The position numbers were made by a program, and so were the translations under genes. From assembly GCA_035193785.1 (NCBI GenBank), contig CP136572.1, forward strand, positions 2,836,578-2,900,577: a DNA stretch of 64,000 bases, given 5' to 3'. The stretch is from Planktothrix sp. GU0601_MAG3 (lineage in GTDB: Bacteria > Cyanobacteriota > Cyanobacteriia > Cyanobacteriales > Microcoleaceae). Of the stretch, positions 23,260-32,393 are shown one piece after another. The notes beneath the pieces are model-generated. The model was not told the origin of the DNA and did not search any database. It saw only the letters and a list, made by a program, of their open reading frames with translations. Every line of letters starts with the position of its first letter. Position 1 is the stretch's first letter.

Positions 23260-23593
23260 ATTTTGTCTTTTAACTAAAAAACACTTTACTTATTATGGCA
23301 ATAGTTTATGCTTTTTAGAATAATGAGTTACAATTGTCATCTCCCCCCAAAAGTAATTCTTAAGATTTATATAAAATTTCTGCTGTATCGGTTCACCTAC
23401 CCTATTTTTTCCGTTTAGGGGTAAGTAGATAACCCACTAAAGAATTGTTGCAAGATCTATTCACCTTAGAACAGTGTAGTTTACCGTTAGATGATTAAGC
23501 GTTTTGAAATAGTCTAGGTTTGTCAAATCGTTTAATTCTCGCCCACACTGATCGAAAGGTAAAGTATGGACTTGGTGATTTTGCCAAGGATGG

Positions 23594-23623
23594 CCTAAGC
23601 CTGGACTTCAGCCCAGGTTTAGG
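23594..23623. repeat. Hairpin upstream of the CAAD gene
   Basis: CCTAAGCCTGGACT-TC-AGCCCAGGTTTAGG imperfect inverted repeat. Confidence 0.4.
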
Positions 23624-23693
23624 ACTTAGATCCCCTCCATTTCAGTTAAAATCGATTGGTACTGCATATTTTTTTTAAACAAGGAGACGAAAA

Positions 23694-24111
23694 ATGCAAG
23701 AAACCCACGAAGATCACGGACACATCCACCCCTAGCGGAGCCAAAATAGATGTCACTGTAGAAACAGGTGGTGCCATTACCTCCCCTTCAACCAATGCCC
23801 AGTTTGATGAAATTAAGGAAAAAGTTGTAGTCGTCCTATCCGAACTTCCGGGTTATATCTCTAGTTTTTTTGGCTCCTACCAAAAACCGATTATTACCAT
23901 TGTTCTGATTTTATCTACTCTTGTGACTCTGAAGGTGTTATTTGCGGTAATTGATGCCCTGAATGACGTTCCCCTTTTAGCTCCAACCTTTGAGTTAATT
24001 GGTATGGGATATACCGCTTGGTTTGTCTACCGTTACCTGCTCAAAGCCTCAACCCGTCAAGAATTGGTTCAAGAATTCAAATCCTACAAAGAGCAAGTTA
24101 CAGGCGACTAA
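23694..24111 (+). CDS. curT: CAAD/CURT1 thylakoid curvature protein; frameshift at 23700-23704
   Basis: AGGAG RBS then MQEPTK (corrected); VPLLAPTFELIGMGYTAWFVYRYLLKASTRQEL. Confidence 0.85.
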
Positions 24112-24196
24112 CTTTAAGATAGGGACAGGAGACAGGAGACAAAAACCGAGGACATAAGACAAAAACCGAGGACATAAGACCAGAGCTAATAATTTA

Positions 24197-24264
24197 CCCC
24201 CCTGCCTCCCCTACCTCCCCTGCTCCCCCCGCTCCCCTACTCCCCCCGCTCCTCCTGCTCCCCC
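24197..24264 (-). repeat. G-rich 9-mer tandem repeat at the rpaA 3' end
   Basis: cctgcctcccctacctcccctgctccccccgctcccc... Confidence 0.75.
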
Positions 24265-25047
24265 TATTTCTTCTTCCCCTTGGCTCCATTGCCGTCCATC
24301 GAAGACTCTGTAGGGATGGCGAGATCATCGGGTTTCCCCTTACCCGTGGTAAGTTCCAGACAATATCCCGCACCGTAGACGGTTTTAATATATCGAGGAT
24401 GACGGGGATCGGGTTCCATCTTCGTGCGTAAATGACGAATATGAACTCGGATCGTCTCGATATCATCATTGGGGTCATAACCCCAAACCTCCTTTAAAAT
24501 CTCACTAGGCGCGACGGTTTGACCATGACGTTGCAGCAAGCAATGTAAGAGTTCAAATTCCAAATGGGTTAACTTAACGGTGTTCTCAAACCAAATCGCC
24601 TCAAACCTTTCCGGGACTAGGGTTAAAGCCCCATAACTGAGAATTTCGCTATGTTTAGCCGCCTGGGGAATACGATCGGTTCTTCGTAACAGAGCCCTAA
24701 CCCTGGCCAGCATTTCTTCTAATTCAAAAGGTTTAGTTAAATAATCATCAGCCCCCGAATTAAACCCTTCAACTTTGTTTTGGGTTTGTCCCAATGCCGT
24801 TAACATCAACACCGGAATATCTGCCGTGCGTTTCATCCCGGCGTAAACGTTGGCAAATGGTGAACCCGTCCACCTTCGGCAACATCAAATCTAAAATAAT
24901 TAAATCTGGCAACAATTGCATCGCCAGGGCCTGTCCTTTAATCCCATCTTCCGCTTGGCTCACTTCATAACCAGCCATTTCTAGGTTGATGGCTACCAAT
25001 TCCGAGATTGCGGGGTCATCATCTATGACTAATATCCGGGGCATCAT
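24264..25047 (-). CDS. rpaA: OmpR-family response regulator RpaA; frameshift at 24830-24834
   Basis: [17 protein letters not shown]...RRDERTADIP (corrected)...[13 protein letters not shown]...[13 protein letters not shown]. Confidence 0.92.
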
Positions 25048-25381
25048 TTAATCGGGTGATTTGGGCATCATCAGTGATCAGTTATCGGGAAACAGTTATC
25101 AGTAAAGATAAAATATAAATCTCTACTCTCTATTCTTGATTTTTAACTGATAACTGAAACGGCGCGTTATATCGTAACATTTTTTGGTTTTTTGTGCAAC
25201 AATTCTTGAAGTCAGAATTAATTATTGCACAAATTCATTCCCGGGGATGAATTGAGCTTCGGCAATTGTAAAAATAAGTGACAAACAAAAATCAAAATTA
25301 GCAACTTTCAAGGTATGATTATCCTAAAGGACTGTATCAGCATATACCCAGTTCCTTATACCAAAAAGGAGTAATAGACTC

Positions 25382-25600
25382 ATGGCCGTTGAAAAAGTGA
25401 ACTCATCCTCCAGTCTCGCCGAGGTCATCGATCGGATCTTAGATAAGGGCATTGTGATTGACGCTTGGGTGCGGGTTTCCCTCGTTGGAATCGAACTTTT
25501 ATCCATAGAAGCAAGAATCGTGATTGCTTCTGTCGAAACCTATCTCAAATACGCAGAAGCCGTTGGTTTAACCGCACAGGCGGCCGTTCCTGCGGTTTAA
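25382..25600 (+). CDS. gvpA: Gas vesicle structural protein GvpA
   Basis: [40 protein letters not shown]... Confidence 0.98.
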   Translation: MAVEKVNSSSSLAEVIDRILDKGIVIDAWVRVSLVGIELLSIEARIVIASVETYLKYAEAVGLTAQAAVPAV

Positions 25601-25779
25601 GATTGAAGGAATTGGCAATGGGTATGGTGCAAAAAAAAGCACAATGATTCACCCATTGTGACTTGGGGTAGGGTTTAACCGATTGATAGTCATGGTGTAA
25701 GTTTAATCAGCGGAATTCACTGCCCATACCCAATGCCCAGAAATTCACAACCCACCGACGCGAGGGTTTCAAAAAAATT

Positions 25780-26803
25780 ATGGCTTTAAAAGATGAGTGG
25801 CAACGGGAGCGCCTCGGACGCCAACAGGGAATTCAAGAACGTCAACAGCACGTTCAAACCACCCTGTCCCTTTGGCAACAAGAGCGCCAAAATCAGGCCT
25901 TAGACGATCAAGAATCTCGACGGGGGTTTGTCGCTAGTTTACAACAACAAACCCACGAATTATTAACCAACAGCAACACCGAACGTCTGTTGGTTGCCCA
26001 GGAACAGCGACAACAACTGGAAGACTTTATCGGGCAGTTATCCCAAGAAGTCGGTAGATTTTTACAACAAACCACCGAAGAACGCTCACAGGTCGCAACC
26101 CAACTACATCAGCAGTTATCTGAATTTCGGGAAGACCTGGAATATCGGGTAGCAGATTTGTTGGCTAATTATCAGCAACGACGCCGAGAAGTTCGGGAAA
26201 CCCTTACTTGAGGACTTAGCTGTTTTTCGCCAAACCCTCTCTCGGGAAGTCGAAGAATATTTAGGGGAGTTGGATATTCTGCACCAACAAATGGCCGCAC
26301 AATTACAACAACAACTGCAACAGAGTCGGACGGAAAGAAACAACGCTGTTCAGAAGTTATTTGAAGATTTAGCGGGATTTCGCGCCGAACTGCAAGATTA
26401 TCACCTGAAACTCCAACAGACCGTTTGGGGAAGTTCCCATCGACAACCCCGAAAAGTTGTCACTCCGCCCAGGTCTATTACTCCGAAAAAAACTATTGTT
26501 TCTCATCAATCACCCCTTTATTCCAAACCTCCCTTAAAGCCCAAAACTGCTCCTAAACCCCAAGCCATTCCCCATTCTATTAAACCCCAACCCACCTTTA
26601 CCCCCTCTGCGCCCCAACCGGGCACCCCGGATCAACGGGTTTATCAGTATATCCAAACCCATCAAAACGGCGCTCGGTTAGCCGAAATTGAGCAAGCTCT
26701 GGGGATTAATCGGGTGCAGACCGTGGATGCGATTCGGGTATTATTACAACGGGGACACATTGCCCAACGCGATCGCGTTTATATTCCGGTGAAAAAATCC
26801 TAG
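25780..26803 (+). CDS. gvpC: Gas vesicle protein GvpC with Pro-rich linker and C-terminal wHTH-like tail; frameshift near 26197-26203
   Basis: MALKDEWQRER..., Gln/Glu-rich helical repeats; position between gvpA and gvpN; ~340 aa after a one-base correction. Confidence 0.85.
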
Positions 26804-26910
26804 GGTTGAGGGTTTCTCCCCCATGGATAGTTCCCTGCTATAAGATTAAATTAAGCCTGCCGCCTATCCCTAACTCGGCAGTATTTTAGCTGAATAACGC
26901 CATTAAAAAT

Positions 26911-28108
26911 ATGACTACCGTGCTTCAAGCTCGTCCTAAAGGCTTTGTGAATACGCCAGCCATTGAACAACTTACCATTAGAGCCTTGAGGTATCTTCAG
27001 AGTGGCTTTTCTCTACACTTAAGGGGGCCAGCCGGAACCGGAAAAACCACCCTGGCGATGCACTTAGCCGATTTATTAAACCGTCCCATCGTCTTAATTT
27101 TTGGAGATGATGAACTCAAATCCTCCGATTTAATTGGCAACCAACTGGGCTATACTCGCAAGAAAGTCGTTGATAATTTTATTCATAGTGTTGTTAAATT
27201 AGAAGACGAATTACGACAAAATTGGATTGATTCTCGTCTGACCTTGGCGTGTAAAGAAGGCTTTACCCTCGTTTACGATGAGTTTAACCGTTCTCGCCCG
27301 GAAGTTAATAACGTTTTACTTTCTGCCTTAGAAGAAAAATTATTAGTGCTACCGCCCAATAATAGCCGCTCAGAATATATTCGAGTCAATCCCCATTTTA
27401 GAGCAATTTTTACCTCCAACCCCGAGGAATATTGTGGGGTTTATGGGACTCAAGATGCGTTATTAGATCGGTTAATTACTATTGATATGCCCGAAACCTG
27501 ACGACGCAACCCAACAGGAAATTTTAATTCAAAAAATCGGAATTTCCCTCGAAGATGCCCAAAGAATTATTAAAATAGTTAAAATTTATTTAGAAATAAC
27601 CACTCAAAAAAAAGAAATTAAACCCGTTCAAAATGGTAAAACTGCCCGACCCCATATTGACAAAGCCTCGGGATTAAGACCGGGATTGATTATCGCCAAA
27701 ATCTGCCATGAACATGATATTTCCATTGCGGAAAATAATCAAGACTTTATCGAAGTTTGTGCCGATATCTTATTATCGCGTACCGCCCTATCTACAGCAG
27801 AAGCTCAGAATAAATTAGAAAAAGTGATCAAAACCGTATTAACCAATGGTGACATATCAACTAACAGTTTTTTCCCCCCATCAGAAACCCAATTAACCGA
27901 AAATAACTCCTCAGAGATTGAAGAACAAGTTTATCAATATTTACAGAAAACCACCAGCGCCAGGGTTTCAGAAATTGAAGTGGCGTTAGGATTAAATCGA
28001 GTCCAAACCACTAATGTATTGCGCTCCTTATTAAAACAAGGTCATTTGAAACAGCAGGATAATCGCTTCTTTGCGGTGCAGAAACAAGGAGAATTGATTC
28101 AACCATGA
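26911..28108 (+). CDS. gvpN: Gas vesicle AAA+ ATPase GvpN; frameshift at 27493-27497
   Basis: [27 protein letters not shown]; corrected DMPEPDD. Confidence 0.95.
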
Positions 28109-28492
28109 ACTCACAGCAACGTCCCTCAAATATACAACGCGGTGTTCCCACATCGACTCAAGGATCGAGTTTAGCCGATATTTTAGAACGGGTTTTAGAT
28201 AAAGGAATTGTCATTGCTGGGGATATTTCCGTTTCCGTGGGTTCCACCGAACTTCTGAATATTAGAATTCGTTTGTTAATTGCTTCCGTCGATAAAGCTA
28301 GGGAAATTGGGATTAATTGGTGGGAAAGTGATCCCTATTTAAGTAGTCAAACCAAAGTTTTAACCGAGAGTAATCAACAATTATTAGAAACAGGTGAAAT
28401 TATTACAGGAGGAAGTCAAAGCCTTAAAAGCATTATTACCCCAAGAAAACCAACCCAACCCAACCCCATCATCCCAATTACCCCAATTGTAG
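28105..28492 (+). CDS. gvpJ: Gas vesicle protein GvpJ; frameshift at 28387-28391
   Basis: SLADILERVLDKGIVIAGDI...INWWESDPYLS; corrected tail LLEQVKLLQEEVKALK...QLPQL* ends on the TAG of the first REP. Confidence 0.9.
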
Positions 28493-28652
28493 GGGAAGGT
28501 TCTATAAAAATTTATGATTCCCACAAATTACCCTGATTAACCCGCCCAACCCACCATTAACCTGCAATTAATCGGGGATTTGGGGATAGGATCGGGGTGG
28601 GTTTAGGTAAATTATTTATGGGTATCAAAGATTAATTTGAACCCGCCCCTAC
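28489..28652. repeat. REP doublet unit 1, upstream of RAYT
   Basis: GTAGGGGAAGGTT...AACCCGCCCCTAC, 164 bp, near-identical to the downstream units. Confidence 0.92.
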
Positions 28653-28700
28653 GGGTTAACTTTAGATAGAATAGAGATATTGTATTGATTTTATGAAACT

Positions 28701-29255
28701 ATGAAATACAATCGGGATATTCATCATCGCCGTTCTATTCGTCTACAGGGATATGATTATAGTCAACCAGGAGCTTATTTTATAACGCTTTGTATTGATA
28801 AACGGGAATGTTTACTGGGGGATATTCAAGAGCAAACTGTTATTTTAAGCCGTTATGGTGAAGTTGTTGATTTTAATTGGTTTAATCTAACTAAAATTTA
28901 TCCCAGCATTCAATTAGATAGTTTTGTCATTATGCCAAATCATATTCATGGTATTATAATGTTAACGGATTATAGCCATAATTTATCTGAAATTATCAGA
29001 GGTTTGAAAACATTTTCAGCCAGGAGAATTAATCAATTGCGATCGCTTTCAGGAATATCTGTATGGCAAAGGGGATATTATGAACATATTATTCGGAACG
29101 AAACGACATTAACAAAAATTCAGGAATATATTCTGAACAATCCCTATAATTGGCAAACTGACGAAATGCACCCTTCACAAAAATTTCCAATTCCTCAAAA
29201 GTTCAATATTAAATTAAATTATAACATTACATTACCGATAAATTTATCATCCTAA
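28701..29255 (+). mobile_element. rayT: REP-associated tyrosine transposase (RAYT/TnpA-REP, HUH Y1 family)
   Basis: RRSIRLQGYDYS..GAYFIT, HUH motif MPNHIHG, WQRGYYEHIIR, catalytic YILNNP; flanked by GTAG REPs; no tnpB. Confidence 0.9.
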
Positions 29256-29266
29256 TTACCCCAATT

Positions 29267-30882
29267 GTAGGGGCGGGTTCTGTAAAAATTTCTGATTCCC
29301 ACAAATTACCTTGATTAACTCGCCCAACCCACCATTAACCTGCAATTAATCGGGGATTTGGGGATAGGATCGGGGTGGGTTTAGGTAAATTATTTATGGG
29401 TATCAAAGATTAATTTGAACCCGCCCCTACGGGTTAACTTTAGGATAAATTTATCATCCTAATTACCCCAATTGTAGGGGAAGGTTTCTGTAAAAATTTC
29501 TGATTCCCACAAATTACCTTGATTAACCCGCCCAACCCCACCATTAACCTGCAATTAATCGGGGATTTGGGGATAGGATCGGGCGGGTTTAGGTAAATTA
29601 TTTATGGGTATCAAAGATTAATTTGAACCCGCCCCTACGGGTTAACTTTAGGATAAATTTATCATCCTAATTACCCCAATTGTAGGGGCGGGTTCTGTAA
29701 AAATTTCTGATTCCCACAAATTACCTTGATTAACTCGCCCAACCCACCATTAACCTGCAATTAATCGGGGATTTGGGGATAGGATCGGGGCGGGTTTAGG
29801 TAAATTATTTATGGGTATCAAAGATTGACTTGAACCCGCCCCTACGGGTTAACTTTAGGATAAATTTATCATCCTAATTACCCCAATTGTAGGGGCGGGT
29901 TCTGTAAAAATTTCTGATTCCCACAAATTACCTTGATTAACCCGCCCAACCCCACCATTAACCTGCAATTAATCGGGGATTTGGGGATAGGATCGGGGCG
30001 GGTTTAGGTAAATTATTTATGGGTATCAAAGATTAATTTGAACCCGCCCCTACGGGTTAACTTTAGGATAAATTTATCATCCTAATTACCCCAATTGTAG
30101 GTGCGGGTTCTGTAAAAATTTCTGATTCCCACAAATTACCTTGATTAACTCGCCCAACCCACCATTAACCTGCAATTAATCGGGGATTTAGGGATAGGAT
30201 CGGGCGGGTTTAGGTAAATTATTTATGGGTATCAAATATTAATTTGAACCCGCCCCTACGGGTTAACTTTAGGATAAATTTATCATCCTAATTACCCCAA
30301 TTGTAGGGGAAGGTTCTATAAAAATTTCTGATTCCCACAGATTACCCTGATTAACCCGCCCAACCCCACCATTAACCTGCAATTAATCGGGGATTTGGGG
30401 ATAGGATCGGGGCGGGTTTAGGTAAATTGTTTATGGGTATCAAAGATTGACTTTAACCAGCCCCTACGGGTTAACTTTAGGATAAATTTATCATCCTAAT
30501 TACCCCAATTGTAGGGGCGGGTTCTGTAAAAATTTCTGATTCCCACAAATTACCCTGATTAACCCGCCCAACCCACCATTAACCTGCAATTAATCGGGGA
30601 TTTAGGGATAGGATCGGGGCGGGTTTAGGTAAATTGTTTATGGGTATCAAAGATTGACTTTAACCCGCCCCTACGGGTTAACTTTAGGATAAATTTATCA
30701 TCCTAATTACCCCAATTGTAGGGGAAGGTTTCTATAAAAATTTCTGATTCCCACAAATTACCTTGATTAACTCGCCCAACCCACCATTAACCTGCAATTA
30801 ATCGGGGATTTGGGGATAGGATCGGGGCGGGTTTAGGTAAATTATTTATGGGTATCAAAGATTGACTCGAACCCGCCCCTAC
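29267..30882. repeat. Tandem array of 8 REP-doublet units, period 206-208 bp
   Basis: Units start (GTAG) at 29267, 29474, 29682, 29889, 30097, 30303, 30511, 30718; invariant 43-bp linker GGGTTAACTTTAGGATAAATTTATCATCCTAATTACCCCAATT. Confidence 0.95.
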
Positions 30883-30889
30883 AGACCTT

Positions 30890-32287
30890 TTATTCATTCA
30901 TGGTTTTATAAGTAGAAACAGCAGAAGGAGAACTGCGGTTGAGATAACGGAAAATCCAATATTTAAAAACCGCATCTAAAATAACTGGAAAAGTTGCAAT
31001 AAACAAAAAGTTAAATTCCCGATTTTCAGGAAGTCCAAAATGTCGGGCGGTACTTTCTAAAATAACTTCCCAACCGTGGGGCGAGTGAAACCCCACAAAC
31101 ATATCCGTAGATAAGATAATAATAAAAGCCTTCGCGCTATCACTCAATCCATAAATAACATCCCCCATAAATGATTTGAGAGTCTCTACCTCGCTGCGGT
31201 TATAAACTAAAATAAAAGCGAACATAAAAACCGAGATAATATCTGCAAAAACATTCTTGATCGCACCACCACTATCTCCCTTATATTGTTCGGCGATTTC
31301 TTTGGCTTTTTCCTTGAGTTTTTCATCTAATTCCTCTGAAGTTAAAGGAGGAGCTTGACTAATTAAAGTTTTAAATCTAAGACGTTCTTCATAATGTTGT
31401 AATTCGATAAAGGCTTCTTCCTCCATATCAATATTGATAAAAATAGGGGTTTGTTCTTTATTTGTAAATATCCCATCTATAATCGGCCCAACAAGGAAAT
31501 TTTTAGCCAATTGTTGAGTCAGTAAAGGAATTAAAATCAACAACAGAACAAATCGGATAGAAATTAGGGTTTTGGCTTGAGTTTTCTTATAGTTTGCGAT
31601 AATTTCCGACTCCGATCCGGGTCTGAGTTCCTGTTTAATTCGACCTAATGTTCTTAATAAAGAACGGGGTAGAACCCGAGTTGATTTTTTGTTCTTTAAA
31701 CCCGATTTGATCGTTTTTTTTGAACTAGGAGTCCGGTCACTATTCAAAAAATTATTGTTGTCAGGGCCATTATTTAGAGTTGAATTTTGATGATTTTCTG
31801 TGGGGGTTATTAATAGAGATTTTTCGGGAGAATTTAGGGAAAAATCCGAGGATTCTGCGGATTGATAACGAGTAACTACCGCATCAATACAATCGAGTTT
31901 TTCACAAATAGTCTCAACTATTTTTCGGTGAGGTAACGATCCATTCGAGGCAAATTTTTGGTCTAACTCCAGGTTAATCCCAGAGGAAGGATTAATTTGT
32001 TCTGACCACCCTAAAACCGAACGGCTGGCATTAAATATTATTAAGCGAGTCTGAATAATTTTAAGATATTTTTTTAGTTCAGAATTAAAATATAAAATAG
32101 TGCGATCGCTGTATTCGGGATGGAATTCTAGGGATATTTTTTCACCTTGGAAATGCTCATTCTCAAGAGAACGAATCTTTAAGGCGGCATCATACGCTTG
32201 ATCTAAAGCCCGTTCCGGTGTAGTACGAAACCATTGATTTGCATTACCAAAGAATTGTTTAAATACATTAGAATCAGCAGCGGCCAT
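30890..32287 (-). CDS. pxcA: Proton extrusion protein PxcA (CemA family)
   Basis: TPERALDQAY N-terminus; LSDSAKAFIIILSTDMFVGFHSPHGWE, TFPVILD. Confidence 0.93.
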   Translation of the reverse strand: MAAADSNVFKQFFGNANQWFRTTPERALDQAYDAALKIRSLENEHFQGEKISLEFHPEYSDRTILYFNSELKKYLKIIQTRLIIFNASRSVLGWSEQINPSSGINLELDQKFASNGSLPHRKIVETICEKLDCIDAVVTRYQSAESSDFSLNSPEKSLLITPTENHQNSTLNNGPDNNNFLNSDRTPSSKKTIKSGLKNKKSTRVLPRSLLRTLGRIKQELRPGSESEIIANYKKTQAKTLISIRFVLLLILIPLLTQQLAKNFLVGPIIDGIFTNKEQTPIFINIDMEEEAFIELQHYEERLRFKTLISQAPPLTSEELDEKLKEKAKEIAEQYKGDSGGAIKNVFADIISVFMFAFILVYNRSEVETLKSFMGDVIYGLSDSAKAFIIILSTDMFVGFHSPHGWEVILESTARHFGLPENREFNFLFIATFPVILDAVFKYWIFRYLNRSSPSAVSTYKTMNE

Positions 32288-32393
32288 GGTTTAGACCCCT
32301 TAAGAATCAGTGGAATGAATATTAATTAAAGATGTTCTGGTAGAAGATCGGTACAATGTACGGGGTATCTTAACAAATTTTAGACCGATTGCT

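Noticed and set aside
23316..23340. Fur box upstream of the ferritin-like gene
   Set aside because: Only a partial match (AATAATGAGTTACAATT) in AT-rich DNA
28393..28536. GvpJ C-terminal extension reading into the repeat (ORF track)
   Set aside because: Product of the 28387 frameshift; the corrected gene stops at 28492
28701..29255. IS200/IS605 element with TnpB or an omega-RNA
   Set aside because: No tnpB/iscB nearby; protein motifs and GTAG flanks fit a RAYT
29267..30882. CRISPR array
   Set aside because: The whole 207-bp unit repeats, there are no unique spacers and no cas genes; the ends are GTAG/CTAC REP motifs
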